Source: Ilyomonas sp.
GTDB lineage: Bacteria; Bacteroidota; Bacteroidia; Chitinophagales; Chitinophagaceae
Direction: 5' to 3'
Length of the DNA stretch: 41,193 bases
Assembly: GCA_964658445.1 (NCBI GenBank)
Contig: CAZZZH010000008.1
Span: 1 to 41,193 of the forward strand
Numbering within the stretch: the stretch's first letter is position 1; every line of letters begins with the position of its first letter. A model generated the notes under the pieces. The model had not been told where the DNA came from. It ran no database searches and saw only the letters and a program-made list of their open reading frames with translations. The translations under genes and the position numbers were made by a program. Positions 1-9,600 of the stretch are shown in pieces.

Positions 1-447
1 GCGCGGCAGTTCGTCTTCGGAAAGCGTTGGATTTTGCTCCTGGAAATGATAGGCAATGCCGTTCAGCAGCGTTCCCGTGTAGTTGCCAACGCCGGGATGA
101 ACCACAATGTTTGCTGGTTTGTTGATGACCATAACAGTTTCATCTTCATACACAATATTCAGCGGAATAGGCTCGGGAATCACTTCGCCGTGGTCGGGTG
201 CGCGCTCGATAAGAACCGTAATTTCATCGCCGGGTTTGATGCGGTAATTGCTTTTGATTTCTTTGTCGTTCACGGTTACAAAACCGCCTTCAATGCCTTT
301 CTGAATCTTGTTTCGCGCCATCTGGAATAGGCGTGCGTGCAGCCACTTATCAATACGTATTGGCTCTTGTCCTTTGTCAACAGTATAGGTTTGCCTTTCG
401 TACAGCTCGTCTTGTAAATCAACAAAAAAGTCTTTCAGATCGGGCAT
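1..447 (-). CDS. rluD: RluA-family pseudouridine synthase (RluD-like), 3' part runs off the window
   Basis: Not in the ORF track; translated by hand from ATG 447: MPDLKDFFVDLQDELYERQTYTVDKGQEPIRIDKWL...RNKIQKGIEGGFVTVND (S4-like) ...IPLNIVYEDETVMVINKPANIVVHPGVGNYTGTLLNG; open to position 1. Confidence 0.9.
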   Translation of the reverse strand, partial: MPDLKDFFVDLQDELYERQTYTVDKGQEPIRIDKWLHARLFQMARNKIQKGIEGGFVTVNDKEIKSNYRIKPGDEITVLIERAPDHGEVIPEPIPLNIVYEDETVMVINKPANIVVHPGVGNYTGTLLNGIAYHFQEQNPTLSEDELPR

Positions 448-451
448 GGCG

Positions 452-459
452 CAAAAATA
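452..459 (-). promoter_or_regulatory. Bacteroidota sigmaA -7 element (TATTTTTG) for rluD
   Basis: Exact TAnnTTTG match 4 nt upstream of the ATG. Confidence 0.65.
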
Positions 460-609
460 GGAAAGGATAATTATAAACATATTGTTATAAAAGAGGCAAG
501 GGGATGATCTTGCGGGCAGGCTTTGTAAGATGTTGTGCGCTGCGAAAAGACTGGACTTTCATTTGTTGATTGAGTTTCACAAAATAGAATAGAACAACAA
601 ATTAAAAAC

Positions 610-1488
610 ATGAACACAACACAGACGATTACCATTGCAGGTAAAAGCAAGCAACCTTTAACTGTGAACCGGCTTGGCTATGGCACCATGCGCCTTACTG
701 GTGAAGGCATCTATGGAGAGCCGCCGCGCAGAGACGAAGCTTTGGAGATATTGCGGCAATGCGTGCAGGAAGGCATTCAGTTTATAGATACGGCAGACTA
801 CTATGGCGAAAGTGTAACCAACCGTTTGATTTATGAAGCGCTGTACCCTTACGCCGATGACTTAGTAATCTGCACTAAAGTGGGGGCTACCCGCAAACCC
901 GATAAAAGCTGGGTACCGTTTAGTAAACCAGAGAACCTGCGCACGAGTATTGAAAACAACCTGCGCGTGATGAAGCTGGAACAGGTAACGCTGGTACACT
1001 TCAGAGTATTGCCCGGCGTGGGCAACTTTGAAGCTTCGATGGAAGCTATGTTTCAAATGCAGCAGGAAGGTAAGATACTGCATGTGGGCGTAAGCAATGT
1101 AAACCGCGAAGAGCTACAAAAAGCCATGAGCATGGGCGAGATAGCTACCGTAGAAAATATGTATGGACATGCACAACGCGGCAGTGTGAAAGAAGCGCAT
1201 GGAGAAACCCGTGGCGGCGAGGATGTGCTGCAACTCTGCGAAGAAAATGAAATACCGCTGATCCCGTTCTTTTCCCTGCAAACCGCCAATCAAAAGAAAG
1301 ATGAACGGATAGCTGACATTGCAAAAAAATACGGTGCTACAGAAGCGCAGATTAATATTGCCTGGTTGCTGCATCACTCGCCGTGGATGTTGCCAATACC
1401 AGGTACTTCTTCGCTCGAACATTTTAAAGAAAATATAGAAGCTGCCGATATAGAGCTGACGGAACAGGATATGGACTATTTAGGATAA
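610..1488 (+). CDS. Aldo/keto reductase (YdbC/PdxI-like)
   Basis: RLGYGTMRLTG, IDTADYYG, ICTKVG, GKILHVGVSN and LPIPGTSSLEHFKENI motifs; Arg at the usual catalytic His position (LVHFR). Confidence 0.9.
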   Translation: MNTTQTITIAGKSKQPLTVNRLGYGTMRLTGEGIYGEPPRRDEALEILRQCVQEGIQFIDTADYYGESVTNRLIYEALYPYADDLVICTKVGATRKPDKSWVPFSKPENLRTSIENNLRVMKLEQVTLVHFRVLPGVGNFEASMEAMFQMQQEGKILHVGVSNVNREELQKAMSMGEIATVENMYGHAQRGSVKEAHGETRGGEDVLQLCEENEIPLIPFFSLQTANQKKDERIADIAKKYGATEAQINIAWLLHHSPWMLPIPGTSSLEHFKENIEAADIELTEQDMDYLG

Positions 1489-1574
1489 ATTCCACTAGTA
1501 GCCGTCGCGCGCTTTCCGTGAACAGTGGTAAGCAATTTATCGGCCCGTCAAACTGTTGTTTTGCAAAATACTGT

Positions 1575-1618
1575 TCAGTACATGCTGAGTATACCATCAG
1601 TATAAGATGAGTATAGGA
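1575..1618. repeat. Four degenerate 11-bp tandem repeats T(C/G)AGTA...
   Basis: tcagtacatgc / tgagtatacca / tcagtataaga / tgagtatagga at exact 11-bp period. Confidence 0.6.
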
Positions 1619-1772
1619 TAAAGAAGAAAAAACGGCTGCCAAAAAGGCAAAAAATGATGAATAACGTCTCTTATCGAAAGGCATTTTCGCTTCTTATCGC
1701 CTTGATAAGAGCCATTACTCAAACCTCGCAACTCATTTACCTGACAATGCCTAATTTCGTGGCTTTACATTT

Positions 1773-3083
1773 ATGTTAGCAATCATTATCATCCTGTTTT
1801 CTCTAATCCTTCTGAATGGCGTATTCGCAATGAGCGAGATTGCGCTGGTATCGTCGCGCAAAACGCGATTGGAAAGCCAGGCCATCAAGGGAGACAAGAA
1901 AGCCAGAGAAGCCTTAGAACTATCCAACCATCCCGAATCATTTATTTCTACCGTGCAGCTTGCCATCACGCTCATCACATTTATCACGGGTATTTATTCA
2001 GGAAAAAATATTGAAGCCACTTTTGTTCCGTTCTTTCAGCGCTTTGCTTTTCTGCAGCCTTACAGCCAGAATCTTTCTACAGTGCTGGTTATCATCATCA
2101 TCACTTATTTTTCACTGGTATTTGGCGAGCTGGTGCCCAAGCGCATTGGGCTAAGCAACCCGGAAGGTATTGCCAAAGTAATGGCGCGGCCCATGCGTGT
2201 GGTTACTGTGATTACTTACCCGTTCATCTGGCTGCTTTCGCAAAGCAGCAATGTGCTGATAAGGCTGTTGCGCATCAAGCCCAAAGACTCGCAGGTTACG
2301 GAAGATGAGATTAAAGCCATCATTAACGAAGGCACCGAACATGGTACGATAGAAGAGGCAGAACAACTGATTATCGAGCGCGTATTTCACTTAGGCGACC
2401 GCAACATAACCTCTCTGATGACGCACCGCAGCGATATGACATGGCTGGATATAAATGCAACGGTAGACCAGGTACGCAGCAACCACGATATTCATTCTGT
2501 GTACCCGCTTTGTGATGGTGCCATTGATGAAATAAAAGGCGTTATTTTTCTAAAAGATTTATTCGTGGCTTCGCCCGGCGACCGGCTGGAAAGCATTATG
2601 CAACCGGCGGTGTTTGTACCCGAAAACAACTCTGCCTATCAGGTACTGGAAAAGTTTCAAAGCTCTAAAATTCACTACGCCTTTATCGTAGATGAGTATG
2701 GTACGCTGCAAGGCATGATAACGCTGAACGATATACTGGAAGCTATTGTAGGCGATATAGCTCAACCGCATGAGGAAGACTATGAAATAGTGCGGCGGGA
2801 AGATGATAGCTTCCTTGTGGATGCGCAAATCCCTTACTTCGATTTCCTGTCTCACTTTCACATCACTTACTGGCTTGAAGAAGAAGATACCGAAACCTTT
2901 AATACGCTGGCAGGCTTTATCCTCTATCATTTAGAGCGCATTCCGGTAACGGGCGATGTAATGCAGCACCGCGGCTTTTCGTTTGAAATAATGGATATGG
3001 ACGGGCAGCGCATTGATAAGGTTCTCATCACGATGTCTGATAAAAAGAAAGCCGAATATGAAGAGAGTTTAAAGGAAGAATAA
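1773..3083 (+). CDS. HlyC/CorC (hemolysin-family CNNM/DUF21 + CBS + CorC) transporter
   Basis: LNGVFAMSEIALVSSR, GELVPKRI, CBS pair with IVDEYG, C-terminal CorC domain TLAGFIL...MDGQRIDKV; TAATTTCG at 1752-1759. Confidence 0.93.
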   Translation: MLAIIIILFSLILLNGVFAMSEIALVSSRKTRLESQAIKGDKKAREALELSNHPESFISTVQLAITLITFITGIYSGKNIEATFVPFFQRFAFLQPYSQNLSTVLVIIIITYFSLVFGELVPKRIGLSNPEGIAKVMARPMRVVTVITYPFIWLLSQSSNVLIRLLRIKPKDSQVTEDEIKAIINEGTEHGTIEEAEQLIIERVFHLGDRNITSLMTHRSDMTWLDINATVDQVRSNHDIHSVYPLCDGAIDEIKGVIFLKDLFVASPGDRLESIMQPAVFVPENNSAYQVLEKFQSSKIHYAFIVDEYGTLQGMITLNDILEAIVGDIAQPHEEDYEIVRREDDSFLVDAQIPYFDFLSHFHITYWLEEEDTETFNTLAGFILYHLERIPVTGDVMQHRGFSFEIMDMDGQRIDKVLITMSDKKKAEYEESLKEE

Positions 3084-3126
3084 GAAGCCGGATAGTTATA
3101 AAAAACGGCTTTATGATAATGCCGAA

Positions 3127-3164
3127 ATAAAAGAAGCCATCCCTTTGGGGATGGCTTCTTTTAT
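3127..3164. terminator. Intrinsic terminator (bidirectional type)
   Basis: ataaaagaagccatccc-tttg-gggatggcttcttttat hairpin downstream of the HlyC/CorC gene. Confidence 0.85.
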
Positions 3165-3469
3165 AAACGCAATGCCTACGCCTTATGCACTTAAAAGACA
3201 ACAGTAAATTAGTAAGATATCAATCAATCAACATTCCATTTGATATGATAAGCTTTATACAAAAACAGTTGACAGCATACGTTGATTAATTTAAAATATT
3301 CTAAACTACAGTTGATATCAGCACCAAACTAATTGTTTGTTTGCTGATTTCGATTTGTAGGAATACCGACCGGTAGAAAAAAGGATTATTGAATCAGGCA
3401 GTTGGCTTGCCGCGTGCGTTTGATATATTTGTTGGCGACAACCTGTGCAGACATTCTTCAAATTTTACA

Positions 3470-4852
3470 ATGATTCTAGCAGACAAAATCAGAAAAGCAC
3501 TTAAAGCGAAGTTTGATTTACTTAACAACGAAAAACTAAAAAAGAATTTCCTAAATGCGTTGCCGTTTTGGGTGGCTGCCTTTATTTCAGGAGCCGGTGC
3601 GGTGTTGTATGCTAAATTATTTTCTTTAGCAGAATTGGGTACGCATCTTATTTATGAAAAAGCAAATTGGGCATTCTTCATCATCACGCCAGCCTGCTTT
3701 GTGTTAGCGTGGTGGATGGTTTCAAAATATTCACCTTTTGCAAGAGGCAGTGGTATCCCACAAGTAAGTGCAGCCATTGAATTATCCAACCCCCGGCATC
3801 ATTACAAAGTAAATTCACTGCTTAGCCTGAGGATTATTTTTATAAAAATACTGTCAAGTTTAGTTATGGTTTTTGGTGGCGGCGTCATTGGAAGAGAGGG
3901 ACCAACCATTCAAATTTCGGCTTCCATTTTTAAAAAAATAAACGACCTATTGCCTGCCTGGTATCCAAAAATATCGAAACGCAATATGATTGTTACCGGT
4001 GCAGCAGCAGGACTTGCGGCTGCCTTCAACACACCATTGGGAGGAATTGTTTTTGCTATTGAAGAACTCACAAAAACTCACTTTAGTTTTTTCAAATCGG
4101 CACTGCTGACAGGCGTAATAATAGCAGGACTAACCGCATTAAACTTTTTAGGACCTTATTTGTATTTGGGTTATCCGCAATTGAATGGTGTTACGCCGTG
4201 GGTCATCATTGTTATTATTCCTTTAGCCATCATTACGGGAGTTGGTGGCAGTGGAATGGGCGAAATTATTTTATACCTTTTTAAAAAAAAAAGTGTTTTA
4301 CAAAAGAATTATCAGCGGGCGATTTATGTTGCTGTTTGCGGCTTCGTCATTGCTTCGCTTGCTGTCTTAATTGACAACAGAACCTTTGGCTCGGGAAAAG
4401 AAATAATGGTTTCTACCTTGTTTAGCGGCCAAAAGCATTTGGAATGGTATGTGCCTTTTTTAAGAATCTTCGGTTCAATCATTTCCTTTTCCACAGGTGC
4501 AGCAGGTGGCATTTTTGCACCGTCGCTTAGTGCTGGCGCCAGCATTGGCGCTGTTTTTTCGGGTTGGTTTCATTTGTCAAATCCGGAAACTAATCTTGTT
4601 ATCCTGTGCGGCATGACGGGTTTTTTGACGAGCATTACCAGAAGTCCCTTTACCTCTTCCATCCTCGTTTTAGAAATGACAAACAGCCATAACGTGATCT
4701 TTTACATTATGCTGACCGCATTGTTTTCTAACCTGATTGCAACAGTGATAAGCCGGCATTCATTTTACGACCATCTGAAAGATCAGTATATTAATGAGAT
4801 TCACAAAACCAATATACAAGAGGCTTACGCAGAACCAGAGAAAATTGAATAG
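3470..4852 (+). CDS. ClC-family chloride channel / Cl-/H+ antiporter
   Basis: GSGIP, GREGP, AAFNTPLGG and GGIFAP signatures; start moved to ATG 3470 because a -7 element TATATTTG lies at 3424-3431. Confidence 0.92.
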   Translation: MILADKIRKALKAKFDLLNNEKLKKNFLNALPFWVAAFISGAGAVLYAKLFSLAELGTHLIYEKANWAFFIITPACFVLAWWMVSKYSPFARGSGIPQVSAAIELSNPRHHYKVNSLLSLRIIFIKILSSLVMVFGGGVIGREGPTIQISASIFKKINDLLPAWYPKISKRNMIVTGAAAGLAAAFNTPLGGIVFAIEELTKTHFSFFKSALLTGVIIAGLTALNFLGPYLYLGYPQLNGVTPWVIIVIIPLAIITGVGGSGMGEIILYLFKKKSVLQKNYQRAIYVAVCGFVIASLAVLIDNRTFGSGKEIMVSTLFSGQKHLEWYVPFLRIFGSIISFSTGAAGGIFAPSLSAGASIGAVFSGWFHLSNPETNLVILCGMTGFLTSITRSPFTSSILVLEMTNSHNVIFYIMLTALFSNLIATVISRHSFYDHLKDQYINEIHKTNIQEAYAEPEKIE

Positions 4853-5197
4853 GGTATGGCAGTAAGGTTTTTATTCTGCAGTTCCGTGTCCGCACCAAAT
4901 TGATTGTTGTTTATTCATTTCGGTTTGTGGGAAAAAAACAAGTGGTTTCTCAGAACCTGATAGCCAACGGGCGTTCGATCATTTCTACAAACGCGAAGCT
5001 TCTTTAAAGCTTTGTGAACCTCATTCGGCAAGTGGTGCTATCTCGTCAACCCAACCCATTACACCGTTACATTTTCCGAATGCACAACTCAATACATCCA
5101 TCCTGTTTTATCTGCTCTGTAGTCCTCTAACCTTCTCCTCTTTTCTCAAAACTTTCTCTTACTTTTATTTCTCATACTACCCACAAAACAATTCATT

Positions 5198-6634
5198 ATG
5201 CTATTGCCTGCAGAACAAGAGAATGCGTTGCTATCCGAACAAAACAAAGCGCTTTCGTTCATCACCAAACGCATTGAAGAAGGCGAGTGCATCCTCATTA
5301 TTGGTCCTGATATTTCTGTGGGCGAAAATGATCAATCGGTAAACGAACTGCTGAAGAGTTATCTAGATAAAAACTTCAACAACCCACTGAAGTATTACTC
5401 TGATGACGAGTTCTTTTCTTTTCTCAGCGATGCCGAGAAAGACTTTGCGCTTAGCGATATCAAAAGCTTTTACGATGAACTAACGCCCAATGAGATACTT
5501 AAAAAAATAGCCGACATCCCGTTTCACCTCATCCTTTCTGTTTCGCCTGATCACCTGCTGAAGAAGGCATTCGATGAGAACAAAGCAAGCTATAACACTG
5601 ACTATTGTTTTGATTTTTACAACAAGGAACACAACCTGCCGAAGATTAAAAAGTTTAGCCGGCAGAAGCCGCTGGTGTACAACCTTTTTGGCGATATAGA
5701 CAGCGATGGATCGCTGGTATTTACCTACGATGATCTCTTCGAATATTTTACTGCAGTTTTTGGCAAGTTTGAACTGCCGAAAGAAATCCAGACCGAGCTT
5801 GCTGCGCCACGCCTTATCCTGCTGCTGGGCATCCGTTTCGATAAGTGGTATTTTAAGCTGCTGCTGCGCATTCTCCGTTTGCACAAAAGCAATTACAACC
5901 ATGCGGCAGATAAGATACGAAACCTGCAGAGCGCCATTAAAAACTTCTATGCCGAAGAGTTTAAAGTGAAGTTCTTAAACTGCGATGAAACCGATATTAT
6001 TGGCTATGTCTACAATGAATGCAAAACCAAGAATATGCTAAGAAGCCAAAGCACTGCCAACAATGCCGGAAAGCCCGAAATATTTGTAAGCTACGGGTGG
6101 GAAAAAGACAGCGAAGACATGGTGGACGGTATAGCTGAAGTGCTTGCTGACAAAGGGTTCTCGGTAAAGAAAGATAAGATTGCACTGGGCTATAAAGGCA
6201 ATATTAAAGAGTTTATGAACAGCATTGGCAAGGGTAAATACATTGTTGTTATCATCAGTGATAAATACCTGAAATCGGAGAACTGCATGTATGAGATGAT
6301 GGAGATAAAAAAGCACGACAACATTTACAACCGCATCTTTCCCGTGGTGATGAGCGACGCGAAGATCTACGACGAAATAGACCGTATAGATTACCTTAAT
6401 TACTGGGATAATAAAGTGGAAGAATTAAATACGAAAGCCAGGACGATAAAAAATCTGGTCGGTATTAAACAGGTGAGTGAAAAGATAGACCAGTACAATG
6501 ATATTCGGCGCATTATAGATGAGATGACCGACATGCTGCGAAACATGAACACACTAACACCGGATATGCACCAGGACAGTAATTTTTCTGAACTAACCCT
6601 GGCTTTGGAAAAACAAATGCGGAAAGACGTTTAA
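5198..6634 (+). CDS. Degenerate SIR2-like domain + C-terminal TIR domain protein (putative defence effector)
   Basis: N-terminal SIR2_2-like pattern (ILIIGPDIS, ILSVSPD, VYNLFGD, LLLGIRFDKWYFKLLL); TIR from about residue 292 (IFVSYGW, IVVIISDKYLKSENCMYE, IFPVV). Confidence 0.8.
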   Translation: MLLPAEQENALLSEQNKALSFITKRIEEGECILIIGPDISVGENDQSVNELLKSYLDKNFNNPLKYYSDDEFFSFLSDAEKDFALSDIKSFYDELTPNEILKKIADIPFHLILSVSPDHLLKKAFDENKASYNTDYCFDFYNKEHNLPKIKKFSRQKPLVYNLFGDIDSDGSLVFTYDDLFEYFTAVFGKFELPKEIQTELAAPRLILLLGIRFDKWYFKLLLRILRLHKSNYNHAADKIRNLQSAIKNFYAEEFKVKFLNCDETDIIGYVYNECKTKNMLRSQSTANNAGKPEIFVSYGWEKDSEDMVDGIAEVLADKGFSVKKDKIALGYKGNIKEFMNSIGKGKYIVVIISDKYLKSENCMYEMMEIKKHDNIYNRIFPVVMSDAKIYDEIDRIDYLNYWDNKVEELNTKARTIKNLVGIKQVSEKIDQYNDIRRIIDEMTDMLRNMNTLTPDMHQDSNFSELTLALEKQMRKDV

Positions 6635-6644
6635 TAAAAATCTC

Positions 6645-9600
6645 ATGGACAACAATCCCCTTTTGCTATATCGCTACCCTGGTACCAAACCGTTCGAGTG
6701 GAATGAGACCAACCTTTTTAAAGGCAGAGACGAAGACATCAAAAACCTGTACGAGCTCATCACCTTTGAAAATATGGTGGTGCTGTATGGCCGCTCGGGG
6801 TTAGGAAAAACATCGCTTCTAAATGCAGGTCTTACACACCGTTTTGCCGATGATGCAACGGTAGATTCGTTGTTCATCCGTTTCTTCAACTACTTTACTG
6901 ATAAACCAGAAAAGCCGATAGATAAACTGTATGAAGCCATTGCAAAGAAGTATGGCAATGATTCGGGAAATTTTATTTACCAGAAATTGATACCTGCCGG
7001 TCAAATTACTGCGCATAAACTCTGGTATCTTTTTAAAAGTGCGCAGATTGCGGGCAGTGGCGGCAAGGATACCTTTATCCTCATTTTCGATCAGTTTGAA
7101 GAACTGTTTACTTATCCCGAAAAAGACATTGCCAGGTTTAAAGAAGAGCTTTCTGAATTGTTTTTTGTAAAGATGCCACAACAGCTTCGGAATGTGCTGA
7201 AAGATAAGCTGGCATTGGATAAGAGCCTTCTTACAGAAGAAGAAATAACGCTGCTTTATTCGCCCCTGAAAATAAAAATACTCTTTGCCATCCGCTCGGA
7301 TAAGCTGAGTTTAATGAACAACCTGACCGATTACTTTCCGGCAATATTAAAATGGTGTTATGAGCTGAAACCGCTGAACAGTCAGGGTGCAAAAGATGCT
7401 ATTATAAAACCCGCTTTGTTAGACGATAAAGACTATGCTTCTCACCGCTTCACCTTTACGGAAGAAGCGCTGAAGCTAATCTTAAACGCGTTATTACCCG
7501 ATACCAATGCAGCTTCCGGCAAAGCTATCAGCGAGCAGGGAATAGAAACGTTTCAACTGCAGATCGTTTGCAAATACATAGAAAATGTGGTGATTGAAAA
7601 AGGGCTTACGGAAATAACGAAGGAAGAAGCCGGCGATGTAAAAGCGATATTCGAAAACCATTACCGCGACATCATCGGTAAGTTTCCGCCGGAGAAGCAG
7701 GCGCCTGCGCGTCGCCTGATAGAAGACAAACTGATTATAGACGGCACGCGTGTGTCTATGCCCATTCCTTTTATTATGAAAGAAATAGAAGGCATGACGC
7801 CCGAACTGCTGAACGAACTGGTGAACACGCACATCATTCGTACAGAGCAAAACAATACAGTAGAGATAAGCCACGATACACTGATAGAGCCGATATTGAA
7901 GGAAAGCACGAACGAGTTTACCCGCTTGAAACAACAGGGCGATGTCTTTTACAAACAAGAAAAATATGAAGATGCCGTCAATGTATTTTGCCAATACATA
8001 GAGGCAACGAAAAAGGCGCCGCCGGCAGATATTATGGAAGTATATAAGCTGCGCGGTGATGCTTATGTAAAACTGAAAGAGTATAAGAAATCGAATGAAG
8101 ACTATGAGAAAATTGTAAAGAACAACCCGACTGATATCTCTGCGTTGTATAGCATTGCGCTTAATTTTTTCTCGCTGAACGATGATGATAAAGCAGATGA
8201 ATATTTTGTAAAAGCAGCTGAATTGAATTTAGACTATGCCGCGAATACCTACAACGAAGCCGGCGTTACTTATTATAATATCAAACTGTATGACAGGGCA
8301 AAGCTTTATTTTGAAAAAGCGGTAGAAAAAGATGCCAATTATTTTTATGCGCATTACAACTTAGGTCTTATTTATACCGATAGAAATGAGACGGAGACTG
8401 CATTGCAGGAGTTTTCGACTGCGCTGGCATTAAAGCCCGATTCGGAAGATGCTAACAATGCAATGGGTAATATCTATTACAAAATGCAGGACTACGCAAA
8501 TGCTAAAAAGTATTATAATGTAGCTGCTGTCATTAACCCTAATAATTTTTACACTCAATATATTCTGGGGAATATTGAAGTAAAAAATAAAAACTACGAT
8601 CAGGCTTTAGCATATTTTCAAAAAGCTATTGACAGCAACAAAAATTATGAAGAGTCTTATTTGCAGAAAGCTGCAGTGCTTACCATTAAAGAGAAATACG
8701 ATGAAGGTATCAATTGTCTGAACATCGCAATTGAGATCAATCCAAAATCAGAAGAGGCTTACTCGCAACTGGGGCTGGTGTACCTTAATAAAGGAGACCA
8801 TGAGAACGCCCTGAAAAACCTGATGCTGGCTGTTTCTATTCAACCTACTGCGTATACTTATTATTATCTCGGGCTTACTTATGCAGGTATGGAAAAGGCA
8901 GATGATGCGGTAGCCAGTTATATTAAGACTATCGAACTCGACCCAGCTTATACCACGGCTTATGTGCAGCTTGGTAACCTGCTGCTAACGTTGAAAAGAT
9001 ATGACAATGTGATTGCGGGGTTTGAAAGTATGAACCCTTCTATCATTGAACAGACCGGCGCTTACGGGTTTCTGCAGCAAGCCTATTATTTTAAACAGGA
9101 GGATGAAAAATCTAAATTTTACGGACTGAAGATACTGGAATCGAACCCGGATGATTATGATGCCTCATTATACCTGGCTTTGGTGGAAAAATTTGCGGGT
9201 AACTATAAGAATAGTTTGCAGTACTATCAGACACTGCTAAGGTTGGCTGCCAAACCAGCCATCATCTACAACGAGATGGCGAAAATGGCAACCGACGAAA
9301 AAGATTACCCGGCAGCAATAGAGTATGCAAAAGCGGCCATACAAACAGACGCCTCTATTGCAGAATCTTATTTTAATTTGGGTAATGTTTATTACGATTT
9401 GAAAGACTATGAAAATGCAAAGAAGAATTATGAAACGGCGGTATCTATCGATAACGGTTATTATTATTCTTTCTACAATTTAGCATTGGCTGAAGAGAAT
9501 GTAGGCAACTTAGAAAAAGCAGTTGAATATTATAAGCGCACTATCGAAATTAATCCGCAATACCCTAAGGCCTACCTGCAGCTTGGCGTAGTGCTGAATG

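Noticed and set aside
34-330. 98-aa + strand ORF from the track
   Set aside because: Antisense shadow of the rluD gene on the minus strand
1575-1618. CRISPR array or iteron set
   Set aside because: Units are only 11 bp, degenerate and unspaced; no cas or rep genes are present
3403-3417. Sigma54-like TGGC-N9-GC upstream of the ClC gene
   Set aside because: Poor match around -12 (GTGC), and a perfect sigmaA -7 element at 3424-3431 explains the promoter better
3470-4852. Fluoride-specific CLC-F with a riboswitch
   Set aside because: Has chloride-type GSGIP/GREGP/GIFAP motifs rather than GNNLI/GREGT/GEVTP, and no fluoride riboswitch was recognised upstream
5198-6634. Thoeris (ThsA/ThsB) or DSR assignment
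   Set aside because: Sir2-like and TIR domains are in one polypeptide, the Sir2 catalytic motifs are degenerate, there is no SLOG or macro domain, and the partner is a STAND NTPase
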